Source of the DNA: Octopus sinensis
Lineage: Eukaryota
DNA length: 64,000 bases
Assembly: GCF_006345805.1 (NCBI RefSeq)
Contig: NW_021835482.1
Location: forward strand, 1-64,000
Reading direction: 5' to 3'
Positions 1-13,400 of the stretch are shown here, one piece after another. The notes under the pieces were generated by a model. The model was given only the letters and a program-made list of their open reading frames with translations. It ran no database searches and was not told the origin of the DNA. How positions within the stretch are numbered: the stretch's first letter is position 1; every line of letters starts with the position of its first letter. The position numbers were made by a program, and so were the translations under genes.

Positions 1-208
1 GTGATTCAGTTAAAATGAAGTAATCTCTAAGCTAAATTGTAACCTATAATGTTATAAATGCCGTTGGTGCTGCTACTACTACTACTGCTACTAGGAAAAA
101 CGTAACCCATAGAATACGTACCAGGCTTGTTCGTTTAAACTCTTCGAGGCAGTGCCCTCGGATGGCCGCAGTTTCATGACTAAAACAAGTAAAGAAATAC
201 ACACACGT

Positions 209-523
209 ATGTGTGTCTGTATATATATATACACGCACACACACATACACACACACACACACACACACAACACACACACATATATTACACACACACACCA
301 CACATATATATACATATATATATATATATATTATATATATATATACCTACACATACAACATACAACTAATACATACATACATACACTCAAACACATTTAT
401 GCTATTATATATATTGTAAATAAAGGGGGCAAAGCCGCAGCGATAACAAGGTGGCGAGAGATCTACCTGAGGTGAAACTAGTAGTACTTGGAACAGCCAT
501 TTCATATGAAAATTGACTTTACT

Positions 524-555
<32 letters not shown>

Positions 556-562
556 TTATATG

Positions 563-600
<38 letters not shown>

Positions 601-640
601 GTGTGTGTGTGTGGGGTGTGTGTGTGTGGTATGTATATGC
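209..640. repeat. Compound (TA)n/(CA)n/(GT)n microsatellites
   Basis: Dinucleotide runs read directly; they account for the overlapping HT/YI/CV ORFs. Confidence 0.95.
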
Positions 641-1036
641 ATGTGTTTTCCAATTTTGCATTAGTCATATGTTTTCAAAAAGCAGACGACCGATAGTAAG
701 GCTGTTCTTGCGAAATTCGCTATTGTCCAATGCTGACATAAACAAACTCAAAATGTTGTTTATCCCAAAACGCTGTACAAGATTTTCCGAAAATCTACTG
801 AACAGAAAAACAATCCATTTAATGTAATTTATGTAAATTAGAACAGTATTTTTTTTAAAAAAAACAACTTTCCTGGAAAATATAAAAAATGTAAAAGTGT
901 AAAATTTTATTTAAATATTGTATATCTGTTTTAATTTTTGTGTAATTTTGTCTAAACCAACTTAGACGGAGCCACTGAAGTATGTCACTAACATTTCAAA
1001 TATTTATTCAACATGACAGTAAGTTTAGATATATAT

Positions 1037-1063
1037 CGCCTGCAGCAACGCGAGGTACAACTG

Positions 1064-1068
<5 letters not shown>
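1037..1068 (+). mobile_element. Helitron-like 3' terminus
   Basis: CGCCTGCAGCAACGCGAGGTACAACTGCTAG|T: imperfect GC-rich hairpin about 10 nt upstream of CTAG followed by T. 5' end not located. Confidence 0.45.
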
Positions 1069-1104
<36 letters not shown>

Positions 1105-1462
1105 GTGTGCGTGTGCGCCTAATGTCTTCCCTAACAAATTTCTACACTGTCTGACCGAATCCCAAAAGACGTAGGTGTAAGGTAGGCTTGTTGAATATAT
1201 TCTATGGAATATACGTCTGTTTGTGGGTGTTTAATTAAGTATATATGTGTGAAGACTTATATGTACGCGTGCAAGAATATGTATAAACATGTATATGCAT
1301 ACTTGCATACATGCATATACACACACAATAATATATATATAATACATATATATTGTATTATATATATAATATATATATTTATTTATATATATATATATAT
1401 ATCTATATATCTTATATATATTATATATATTATATATATATATATATATACACACACACAGA

Positions 1463-2446
1463 CAGCCTCACATACAAGCTATGCCGACGACAAAGTAGTT
1501 GTGTAAGCAGTCAAGGAATTTTCAGATGCTGTTTTACAGAAAGACCTAGATATATAAATGGGCTGAGGACAACAACATACAAATAAATGCAGGCAAATTC
1601 CAAGCCTTCTGCCTACAGCTAAGTTGTGCTCAGAGGTCGCAACAACGATACTCTGGACCAAAAGGGGCGGCAATCCCAGAATCACATACAGCTTGGGATT
1701 TGTATAAGCAATAATGCTTCATTTTACATGCATGTCACCAAGCTGGTGACAGTGTGCAGCCGAATAGCCGGATAGATTCTGAGAACCTTCAGAACAAGGG
1801 ACCAGGAAATTATGCTGGTCCTATAGAGGACATTTGTCCTCAGCTGTCAGGTCTATTGCTCTCAACTGTGGTCACCTTACAGTGACAGGTTAATAGCGGA
1901 ATTGGGGACGGTTCAGCGATGCTACACAAGGAAATTTCATCGATGGAACAGCTGAGCTACTGGGAGAGACTGAAAGAGCTGTGGCTCTACTCCCTGGAGT
2001 GAAGACGGAAAAGGTATGTAGTGATATATGTGTGGAAGATACTTGAGGGGCTGGCACCAAACTTAGGAATTGAAAATTATAACAGACCTCGAAATGGACG
2101 TCACTGCACTGTTCCGAAGTCCCAGCTGCCCCATCTAAGGTGAGGGCCATGTACTGCAATAGCTTGGGATTTAAGGGCCCACAGCTATTTAACTCATCGG
2201 CAAAACATCTGAAGGATCTCCATGGAATGGGAGTAGATGTTTTCAAGACACAACTTGACTTCTTGCTATTTAAGATCCCAGATGAACCAATATCAAGACA
2301 GGAAACTCAAAGAGGGCAGCGGTATCGAACTCACTCCTTCACCAAAAGCCAACCGCGAAGAATTGGCCAATTAAAAGGTGATTATACTGACGGTGCACCA
2401 GCATGGCCACAGCCTAAGGGCTGAAACACAGTAAAGAATAAAAGAA
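1463..2446 (+). mobile_element. 5'-truncated, degenerate CR1/L2-type LINE (RT C-terminal half plus 3' tail)
   Basis: YADD at 1480-1491; downstream frames give WAEDNNIQINAGKFQA, ILRTFRTRDQEIML, YCSQLWSP, SYWERLKEL, GFKGPQLFN and KIPDEP, with stops and frameshifts; A-rich tail at 2389-2446. Confidence 0.9.
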
Positions 2447-2713
2447 TATATATATAAATGTGTGTATATATATATATATAAAGAAAGAGAGAGAGAGAGG
2501 AGAGAGAGACGGACGGACAAACGGACAGACTGGTAGTTAGATAGAGGTAGATGAAGTCAGCTATTTCCCCAATCGGCGTTGAGTACAGTCGACCTTTAGA
2601 TAAGGCTACTTAATCTTGTTTACCTTTGACGTGACACAAACACTGCAGACATTACATGGTTCTAAAACACCTGTTTATAGCATTACGGTTATGTACGACA
2701 ACCTACACTGCAG

Positions 2714-2776
<63 letters not shown>

Positions 2777-3033
2777 ATATTATATACACACACATATATG
2801 AACACACATACATACGCACATATATATCTATACATGCATACATATATTATATATAATATATATATTATATATATATATATATATGCATATCTATATATGT
2901 GTATATATATATACGTACATATATCTTATAGATACATATATCTCCATATAAGCATGAGTACATAAGAGTTATATGTATATATGTATGTAGATATACATAT
3001 GTGTGTCTGTGTGTATGTGCGTATGTATTTATG

Positions 3034-3077
<44 letters not shown>

Positions 3078-3145
3078 CATACATATATGTTTCAAATCCA
3101 AAAGATAAATCGATGGAGATTGGTGGATAGAGAGTCAGTAAGTTA

Positions 3146-3146
3146 C

Positions 3147-3242
<96 letters not shown>

Positions 3243-3247
3243 TAGAT

Positions 3248-3286
<39 letters not shown>

Positions 3287-3308
3287 AAAATAGAACAAAC
3301 AGACAGAC

Positions 3309-3404
<96 letters not shown>

Positions 3405-3405
3405 T
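3146..3405. repeat. (AGAT)n tetranucleotide array
   Basis: Read directly. Confidence 0.97.
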
Positions 3406-3990
3406 GACAGCTTATATGCTAGACGCTACACATCAAGTGATTGGCAATTACACAGAAAAAAATTCCGTTTATTTGCCATTTTAACGTCGCCGAAATGTCG
3501 GTGCCATCGCGATATGCTGATTTACATTTCCGATATCTCAATTCTTTGGGGGACAGTTCTTAATCAAATCACAAACAATAGACGTTGTAGCAGTTTGTAG
3601 ACAGATGACAAACATTTCGGACGGAGTAGGCATGGAAAGGTTGACCCGTTTGTCAGCAGCATTTTCTGTCATGTCGTTTAATGTCGGATGTCTATGATAT
3701 GGATCTGAATCGATCATTGCTTAAGCTAAGGAGAAAGAGAAAGAGTTAATATCGAAACAGACGGTGGGTCAGGGTTTGAAACTGACTGGAAAGTAAACGT
3801 GGATGGTTTTGTGGTATTCTTATTGGTCGACACCGATTAAAAAGACCTCTCAATTAAGGGGCTCCAACCGTGATTTTCATGCCTTTTTTTAAATATTCAA
3901 TATGAAATATCTTGGTCTACAATATATAAGGCATCCTTCCATTAAATTTGAGTAATTTGAGGAAGATTTTGAATTTAATTTTAATAAATC

Positions 3991-4155
3991 TGTTAGCCAT
4001 GGATTCAATTTTGACTATTCTGAGTTCAAATTCTGTCGAGGTCGACTTTCATTCTTTCGGGAAGGATAAATTAAGTACCAGTGAAACACGGGGTTGTTGT
4101 AATCCCCTTGCCCCAAATTTCAGGCCTTGTGCCTATAGTAGAAAGGATTATTATC

Positions 4156-4195
<40 letters not shown>

Positions 4196-4225
4196 CTATT
4201 ATTATTATTATTATTATTATTATCA
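3991..4225 (+). mobile_element. tRNA-derived SINE family A (head partly lost) with (ATT)n tail
   Basis: B-box GAGTTCAAATTC, core GAGGTCGACTTT...GATAAATTAAGTACCAG, tail GGCCTTGTGCCTATAGTAGAAAGG running into an ATT array; matches the 57551 copy. Confidence 0.8.
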
Positions 4226-4234
4226 TTAAAATGC

Positions 4235-4660
4235 GCTCAGTTGGCAGAATCGTTTTTACGACGAGCAAAATGCTAAGCACCATTTCGTCCAACTTTATGT
4301 TCTGAATCCAAATTGTTGTTTTTGTTATTGTTGTTGTTGCTGTTAAGATGGTGTATTGGCTGAATCATTAAAACATTGGAAAAGGCTTTGAAGCTTTGTT
4401 CCGAATACTCACTTTCTGAGTTCAAATCCTACTGGGGTTAACTTCAACATTCGTCCCTCTGAATTCGAAAAAAATGAGGAACCTGTTAAACACGGGACTC
4501 ATTGGGGTAGACTAACCTCCACTCCTCAAAAGTACCGGCCTTGTAATTAAATTGGGAGCCATTATATAAGGGTGTTGGTTTGTCAGAATAGTTAGAGAGT
4601 CGGACTAAATACTTAGTGGTAAATTTTCCGGCTCTTCATTTTCTGAGTTCAAAATTAAAA
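4235..4660 (+). mobile_element. Cluster of decayed SINE family A heads and bodies
   Basis: Three TTCTGA(G/A)T(T/C)CAAAT B-box-like motifs and TGGCAGAATCGTT-like A-box remnants. Confidence 0.5.
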
Positions 4661-5317
4661 ATAACTCAGTAGAGTTTGTTAGCTTTCAATTTTCCTAGAT
4701 ACAAAAAAACGCATAAGTGTAACGATAATTTTTCAACACAGTGTATCAAGTTTCTGAAGCCAACACAGAACAACAACACTTCAATAGACGAGAAACGGTT
4801 TCAGATACTGTGTTGGAGGCAATGTATTTTGTCTATAGTCATATATTTTATGTAAGAGTCAAGACGAGTTGATTTATTTTCTAGTGAAAAAAAAATATAC
4901 AATATCAGAAATATCAACAAAATTTTCTTTAAAATATGTGAGAATCTTTGGGAAAATTTATCATTTTTTATAAAAATATTCCTATCTTCTAAACGAAATT
5001 CTACAAACTAATTTTTAAGGTATTTCTGAAGATTGTGGAAAAAGCAATTCATTATTTTCCGGAAATATTGACAACGATCTAGATTTAAAAGAAAAAAACA
5101 TTTTCTGTGAGATTTTGCCAGAAACACTTGGAAAATTTCAGCAGATGCTCAAAAACACTTTCCACACCTCAAATATATCATCGGAATTTCTGCATAGACG
5201 GTTCCTTAATTTTGGGGGACGACAAATATCTACTTCTGATTCAACATACAGATAACAAATTGAAACTGATGGGCCGGAGTTGGGGAGAATATTTATCTGG
5301 AAATTTTACAGAAGGTA

Positions 5318-5955
5318 CACGCAGAAGTGGCCACGTGGTAAGAAGTTTGTTACGCAGCAACATGCTTCCGGTTTCAGTTCTACTGCGTGGCACCGTGGGT
5401 AGGTGCCTTCACCAACAGCCTCAGGCCGACCAAAGACTTGTGGGTGAATTTGGAATATAGGAAACTGACAAAAGCCCGTCCTCTGTGTGTGTGTGTGCGC
5501 GCGCGTCTGTGTGCGTGTGCGTGTGTGTTTCTCTGTGTGTGTGTACGTACGTGTCGAACGATGGAATTGAATGCTCAACACTGCATTGGTGGAATTAATT
5601 TATTTATTTGTGAATTAAGGCTACCATTGGTTTCTTGCTATGAAAAGCAAATATCCTAGTGATGTTTGTCTCCCTTGGATTTACCTTTTAGGCAACTTTT
5701 TGTGCGGTCAGTTTGTTTGCATTATTTTGTTTTTGATCTGGACATCGGTTTCTTACACTTGTGTGCTGAGGTAGTTCGCCATTTGAGCATATTTCTTTGT
5801 GTTGAGTTTTATGTACATATGTGTGTATATGTGTGTGTCTTTGTGCCTGTGTTTGGCCTCTACCACCGGCTGACAACCGGTGTAGCTGCGTTTATGTCCA
5901 GTAGCCTTGCTCTTTGGCAAATCTAACCGATAGAATAGGGATCAGGCTTAAAACA
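5318..5955 (+). mobile_element. Decayed SINE family B, interrupted
   Basis: Head GCAGAAGTGGCCACGTGGTAAG...GGTTTCAGTTC, CORE-like GGCACCGTGGGTAGGTGCCTT, GGCCGACCAAAGACTTGTG; tail fragments at 5850-5955. Confidence 0.65.
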
Positions 5956-6532
5956 TAAATGACAGAAAATAAAGCATTTCTACAATGTTTTGCAAGACTG
6001 TTCATGCATTTCTTTTTCTCCATCAGAAACAATTTCGGTTTTTTTTACAGGAAAACACTTCCATCTGTTCCAGGAAGCAGGTGACCAACATTTTGTTAAA
6101 AACATACTAAATATTCAGGTAGACTATACAAAAGTTTTCAGGAAAGAAACGCATCTGAATGTTCAAGAAATTTTTCATTAATGCTCATCAGATATTCATG
6201 CATGGCGCTAATCACGAAATTTCTTCCTTGTTTATATCCAATGTTTAAACCACAAAGTTCCTTTTCCAATGTTCTCAATACATATAATGCATACGATGTT
6301 ATTACTAATTCATATATGTAGTACAGGCATTATTGAATTTACGTTCTTGGTGCACTGCATTGCATCGGTAATAGGAACGGCTTGTTAGCAAGTTGGTAGG
6401 CATAGCCTCGCTTCCACTTCAGCGAGAGAAATACGCTGGGAAAAGACAATATGCAGAGTCATACATATGCATGAATGCTCATTTGGCAAACGGAAACACA
6501 AATTAGAAAATGCTAATATCTTCAACCGAGAA

Positions 6533-6570
<38 letters not shown>

Positions 6571-6636
6571 TATAGGGAGAGAAACATATATATATAGATA
6601 TATATATATATATATGTATAGGGAAAGAAAACATAC

Positions 6637-6682
<46 letters not shown>

Positions 6683-6967
6683 ATATATATATACATACAT
6701 GAGTATGTATAAATGTGTATGTGTGTATAAAATAGTATGCCTTGTCTATTACGAGAACTCTGATCCGTAGCCAACGGGTGATGGTGGTGGTAGTGGTGGT
6801 GGAGGGTTCATAGTCACCTAGCATATCACTGTCTTACCTTACTCACCTGGCCTAATTTAAGCAGTCGATCGTTGTAATGTTAATCAGCGCAGCCATAAGG
6901 TTTAAGGAAGATGGAGGGTTCGCATCCCAGAGGTAAAGCTACGATTTCTATCTTCATCTCCTACATC

Positions 6968-7169
6968 GGTTTCAAATTTTGTTACAAAGCCTTCAATTTC
7001 GGGAAAAGAGGTAAGTCGATCACATCGGCCCCAGTGTACCACTGGTACATATTTTATCGACCGCGAAAGGATGGAAGGTGACCTCGGCGGGATTCGAACT
7101 CAGAACGTAAAGACAGACGGAATACCGCTTAGCTTGTTTCCCGATCAGCTAAAGATTCTGCCAGTTCGC
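6968..7169 (-). mobile_element. SINE family A monomer
   Basis: The reverse complement gives the head, B-box GAGTTCGAATCCC, the core and the GTAACAAAATTTGAAACC tail. Confidence 0.8.
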
Positions 7170-7184
7170 TTCGGCATATATATC

Positions 7185-7535
7185 CTTTTCTACTTTTCAA
7201 CCCCAGTACGCAACTGGTACTTAATTTATCGACTCCAAAAGGATGAAAAGTAAAGTCGACCTTGTCGGAATTTGAACTCAGAACATAAAGGCACACGAAA
7301 TACCTATTTCCTTACTACCCACAAGGGGCTAAACACAGAGTGGATGAACAAGGACAAACAAACGGATTAAGTCGATTATATCGACCCCAGGGCGCAACTG
7401 GTACTAAATTTATCGACCCCGAAAGGATGAAAGGCAAAGTCGACCTCGGCGGAATTTGAACTCAGAACGTAACGTCAAACAAAATACGGCTACGCATTTC
7501 GCCCGGCGTGCTAACGTTTCTGCCAGCTCACCACC
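7185..7535 (-). mobile_element. SINE family A dimer
   Basis: Complete head at 7535-7450; the core TTTGCCTTTCATCCTTTCGGGGTCGATAAATT occurs twice. Confidence 0.9.
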
Positions 7536-7979
7536 TCGCTTCGTTATCTGTTATTGCATACATCTTAACATACGTAAATACATATTAGCGCACATAAATA
7601 CAGAGATACAGAGATGCATACATACATAGGGTCATACATATATACATGCACACATACATGCACATACCCATACACAAGACTATATATGTGTATATACTGC
7701 CAATGGGATACTTTTCAAGTCACTACACAATAAATCTCGATGTGAACATCAGAATTACCATTTGCAGAAACAGCGATGCTGCTTACGTTTAGAATGCAAA
7801 TATATACAAAATACAGCATAGAACTTGAAATGCAGATATCTGAATGCCAAGGCTCTAAATATATTTGGGATAAAATCCAATAGCCGCATAACTCCCATAT
7901 TTCTCTTTCTCTAGTCACTTATTGGTATAAGTACATATATGTTTGCATGCATATATATATATATACACACACAAACACA

Positions 7980-8030
<51 letters not shown>

Positions 8031-8369
8031 CGCTGCTCTTCTGCGAAAGTGTCTTAAGTCCAGGAAACGAAAGAATAGTTTCGCCATTCCATTTCTTTTT
8101 ACATTAGCAACACTTTCAGCTCAACAATAGAACTTCGTTGGGTGTATAAAATCGCAACCTCATGTATGTATGATATTTTCAGTAAAGAAATATTTTTGCA
8201 AAGCTGTCATGTGTGGGACGTATGACACTTTTAGCATCTGAAGTATCTGGAGAGACGATAGTGTCAAAGACCAAAAGAACCGGCTATTGTAAATTTAGAT
8301 AATGAAAAAAAGTATCTGGCCAAAGTTGGACATACCACAGTTTTACATAATAGCAACACTATGTATATG

Positions 8370-8424
<55 letters not shown>

Positions 8425-8572
8425 GAAACAATGTACTCAGAAATTTAGATGGTTTTATATTTACAGATATTTATTAATATGTCACGTTTTTATAAATCAT
8501 ATACTAGCCCCTGAGTACCTTATTTCTTCTAATATATAATACCTGTACATCATCTCCAAACCTTCTAATATA

Positions 8573-8631
<59 letters not shown>

Positions 8632-8632
8632 A

Positions 8633-9081
8633 TTAGGTTAGCAACTAAGTTCCCGCCGTTTTTTTTTTAATTAAAATTTTTTAAAAGGCTGAATAAAAAA
8701 AATAACAACTAATTAATCAAAAATGTATTCACTCTTGTTGTTTACAACTTTTTCCCAACGTTCAACAAGATTTTCAATACCTCGTTGGTAGAAATCAGCC
8801 GATTTCGACTCGAAAAATTGATCCAACCAAGCTCTCAATTCTGCATCAGTATTGAACGAAACACCCTGCGTAGCTTTTGAAAGAGATCGTAAGAGGTGGA
8901 AATCCGTTGGTGCCAAATCAGGAGAGTACGGCAGGTGTGGCAGCACTTCCCAGCCATGCGTTTCAACGGCTTCCTTGGTCATATTGTCGATATGATGGCG
9001 GGCGTTGTCGTGCAGCAGAAGAACTCCATGCTACCGATTAGGTCTTTTCTCTTGAATAGTCGTGTTGAGTCGTTCCATCTG
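8633..9081 (-). mobile_element. Mariner (D34D) transposon, 5'-truncated, right TIR retained
   Basis: Minus frame ...LLLHDNARHH...WEVLPHLPYSPDLAPTDFHL...; 34 residues counted between the HDNA Asp and the APTD Asp; TA followed by TIR TTAGGTTAGCAACTAAGTTCCCGCCGTTTT at 8633. Confidence 0.95.
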
Positions 9082-9501
9082 TATGTGTGCACGAGCGTGC
9101 GTATATGCTGGACACTGGCAACGATAGCATTTCAACGAGCGTTGTCTATATCTTCAATCTATTAAATTCTCGACTGAGTAAACTGAACTATGTAGGCGTA
9201 CAAAATACTAATCGGAAACAACTGTAAGTCTATAAAGCACAAATATATAAAGCACATTTTTTACGCCTTTTCTTATATATTATTCTATGGAACCAAACCA
9301 TATTGTCACTCGGTAACGCAACCATGGATTTACAATGTTGACTAATGATGGACTTCAACTTCGGATCTCACCCCAGGATTATCTTTCGTTCAGTCTTAAT
9401 CACTAAACCATTTGTTAACCTGGGCTATTCGTATTAGCAGAGAGCTTAAGAAGTATTTCTCACGGATTACTAATAACTCATTAATAAACCCATTCTTCTT
9501 A

Positions 9502-9628
9502 TACATACATCCACACACACATACATCCAACATACATACATACACACATACATACATACATACATACATACATACATACATACATACACACATACATACA
9601 TACATACACACATACATACATACATACA

Positions 9629-9660
<32 letters not shown>
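9502..9660. repeat. (TACA)n array
   Basis: Read directly. Confidence 0.95.
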
Positions 9661-9664
<4 letters not shown>

Positions 9665-9824
9665 TATATACGTAGATACATACATACATATATATATATT
9701 TATATCTATATATAGGCACACACACACACACATATACATATATATATATATATATATATCATATTCTACACTATAGCTGATATACTTTGACATCTGCTTT
9801 GATTTCTACATACACACACACACA

Positions 9825-9895
<71 letters not shown>

Positions 9896-10710
9896 GTTTG
9901 TGTGTCTCTGTTTGAATATACGCATCTAAATATGTTTGTGTTTGTTGTATGGATGATCAATAAATCTTTAGTCTATTTCATTAATAGATGCTGATTTTTC
10001 ATAATTCCTCCGGGAATGCCGGTAACTTGAACTTTTTGCTCCCCCGGGTCTGCCATACTTTAAAGCTCACACTTTCTCATCATCGCTTCAACTACTAACA
10101 AGTATTAATGGAAGTGATTTACGGAGACAAATACACACACACACACACACACATACATACACAAACACACACACATATACAAACACACATATATATATAT
10201 ATATACACATACATATATATATATATAGATAGATAGATAGATATGCATGTATTTACATATATTTGTGTGTGTGTGTACATATATATACAAATACATATAT
10301 ATATATGTATGTATATATACGCACACACACACGCATGTATACATATATGTCTGTATATATATTTATACACGTACATTATATATGTACGTGTATGGAAAAT
10401 GTGTGAAGTTTATTGTTTATGTGTGTGTGTGTGTGTGTGTGTGTGTCTGTGTGTGTGTGTGTGTGTGTGTCTGTGTGTGTGTGTGTATGTGTGTGTGTGT
10501 GTGTGTGTGTATAGAAATGTAACTACTGAAGAAATGTAGCTACTGACACTACCTTCTACGTATTCATACATGCAGGTCAGCTAATGGTCATGTAGTCCAC
10601 ACCTGGACGCCTACATTAACCTATCACCAATCACAGTGTTTCAGGTTCAATCCCGCTCCGTTTCACCAACTATGTTTTAAAATTAAAACAATAAAGAAAA
10701 ATTAAAACCT

Positions 10711-10990
10711 GGCACTTTGTCGGTTACAACGATGAAGTTACCGGTTGATTGACTGAACAGCCTGGTCGTGACCCCGAACGTGCAAATGGCTGAGTACTAC
10801 ATAGACACGCAGCATGCTCTGAACGTAGTCTTCGGGGAGATTTAGTATGTTGCAGGTTGTGACAAGGCTGGCCATTTAAATTACAGGTAGAACTTATTTT
10901 TCCCGCTGAGTTGCTAGTGAAGCAAACAGGTGCAACGTAAAACCAAGTGTCTTACTGAAGGGCACAACCAGGGGTCAGGTACCGACCGTG
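10711..10990 (-). mobile_element. SINE family C2, decayed
   Basis: Aligns by eye with the 21646-21934 and 61722-62007 copies (TTGCACGTT...CAGGCTGTTC...GTAACCGAC..AGTGCC). Confidence 0.75.
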
Positions 10991-11080
10991 GCCTTGGTAT
11001 GTTTAATCGACATTATCTGTTCGAAAACTTTATATAATTGTCGGCGAAGATACTATTCAGAATATCTCTACCATCACCAA

Positions 11081-11119
<39 letters not shown>

Positions 11120-11347
11120 ACTACTACTACTACTAATACTACTATTGTCAAGGATGCACGAATCGAAAACAAAATCTTAAGATCAAGAGTGCAGCATTCT
11201 GGCTGTTAGACCACGCGCCTCCACACACTATACATGAATATGTATGTATAATATATACATATACATGTGTGTGTGTGTGTGTGTGTGTATGTGTGTGTAT
11301 GTGTGTGTGTGTTGTGTGTGTGTGTGTGTGTGTGTGTCTGTGTGTGT

Positions 11348-11387
<40 letters not shown>

Positions 11388-11866
11388 CGTGTATGTGTTC
11401 TATGATTTGGATTAGATATATCGATATTAATAACCAGTTGTTAGAAGCCCAGATACTGATAGAGGTATGACTCCCAGGCACGTGATTTGATGTGAGATAA
11501 ATATTACCATTTCACCAGTGCCAAGTACTGACCGATTGAACTGGCCGAACACAAAACGGGAACATTCAACAAATACCGACAACGCCTCCCCCCCCCCTTG
11601 TGTATTTTGGTAAGTAAAACCTTATTGCTGAAGGCTTCCTTAAAGCCGTACCTTTGAATATGTGATACTTCTCGTAAAATGGTGGAGTGTTCCATTCATC
11701 TTTTACACGGAATGGATTGGATGATTGGTGCTTATGAATCAATCTTTATTCATTTGACCCAACTTGTATCATTGGTGGCCGTCGTCATAGCATGGCTCTT
11801 GTTTGGTGGTGGTTGTCGTCGCCGTGGTAGTAGTGGTAGTATTAGTAGTAGTAGTAGTAGTAGTAG

Positions 11867-11903
<37 letters not shown>

Positions 11904-12514
11904 GCTGCTAATGCTGCTACTGCTGCTACTACTACTACTACTACTACTCTACTATTATTGTGTAGTAGCGCTGTTGGTAGTGTTGCTGGTTTAGTTCTAC
12001 TACAGTAATAACTAAAAGAAAATACTAAAAGAAACGAAGCCGAAAAGTTTCGGCGCTGGAAAACAGTGTAAAACCTATGGGAAACGGAACTCTAGTAATG
12101 GAAGCGCTAAATTTTTCTTGACGTTTTGATGAATATCTCAAGAATACCAACAACGGGGAAGACAGAGAGAGAAAAATGAAAGACAGCGATAAATCTTCAG
12201 TAAACAACATCAATAGAAATGCTAATTGTGGATGTCAGTTTGGGAAATAGTTAAAATATGACCAAGCAAATATTGAAGTGTTATTAACTCCATACATAGC
12301 GCTGATATTAGCAACAACTGACGGCTCTATAAACTTTAATGTCGTTGCAAATGGCCCCTGGTAATGTTTACTAGCGTTAGAAGCAATATGGTTTCAGTGG
12401 AGACAAAGCAGACCCACAAGGAAGAGACGTGTTTCTCGTTTAATGATTACTCTGTGATAGTTTCTTAAAATTGGTTGCGGATATCACAACTGTCTTAGAA
12501 GACTACACAATACC

Positions 12515-12555
<41 letters not shown>

Positions 12556-12776
12556 CTCTCCTTTAACAATCAATGAGGTGTCTTTTATTTGCTGTGGTCT
12601 CTCTATTGCTGCTCTTGTCTCCAATACAACTTTCTCTTATCTAACACACTGACCAAGTCTCTGACAGCACGCAATGAACTTTGGCACAGTTCCCGATGTA
12701 TCTGCCGGCTATTCTTCAGGCTTCTCAAAAGTCAATATATATCCGTGTGCATGTACGAGTGTGTGTGTGTGTACAA

Positions 12777-12810
<34 letters not shown>

Positions 12811-12906
12811 TTCTGGGGCAACTGATACGAGGACAATTCATTCCCAGACAATTGATATATAGAACACCTCATAAAAGGCAGAAAGTGATAAAGATTGAAT
12901 TTTGAA

Positions 12907-13375
12907 AGGAAATCTGCGTGTGTGTGTATGTGTGTGTATGAGTGCGCGTAGTACGCGTGGTGTGTATTCGTGTGTGTGTGTGTAATGTGTATGCATGTGT
13001 ATGTGCATGTGTGTGGTGCGTGTAGTGTGTATTTGTGTGTGTAATGTGTGTGCGTATGTATGTGTGTGTGGTGTGTATTGTGTGTGTTTGTGTGTATATG
13101 TTTGTGTGTGGTGTGAATTCATGTGTGTATGTATGTGCATGTGTTTGTGTAGTGTGTGTATGTATGTGCGTGTGTGTAGTGGGTGTGTGCGTGTGTTTGG
13201 TGTGTGTGTGTGTGTGTGTGTGTGTTGTGTGTATATGTTTGTGTGTGGTGTGTGTGGTGTGTGTGGTGTGTATTGTGTGTGTTTGTGTGTATATGTTTGT
13301 GTGTGGTGTGTATGTGAGTGTGGTGTGTGTGTTTGTGGCCTGTGTGTGTAGGTGTGTGTGTGCGTGTGGGTGCGT
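12907..13375. repeat. Degenerate (GT)n array with higher-order repeats
   Basis: Read directly; source of the 232-aa HT-rich pseudo-ORF. Confidence 0.9.
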
Positions 13376-13400
13376 GAGCTCTGAAATTAAGGCCCACAAG

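Noticed and set aside
5612-5634. 22/23-bp match to 38454-38476 (GAATT.AGGCTACCATTGGTTTC)
   Set aside because: Too short to define an element; probably the end of an old repeat.
9172-9230. GAAACAACTGTAAGTC with upstream GACTGAGTA, hammerhead-like on the plus strand
   Set aside because: No convincing stem II, and stem I overlaps the core. It does caution against claiming a minus-strand bias for the other motifs.
11422-11460. 20-bp exact match (CGATATTAATAACCAGTTGT) to 51142 and 51561
   Set aside because: Similarity fades within about 40 bp; likely an old dispersed repeat.
11510-11615. Open frame ending at TTTTG|GTAAGT, a possible exon
   Set aside because: No acceptor with a pyrimidine tract and no recognisable peptide.
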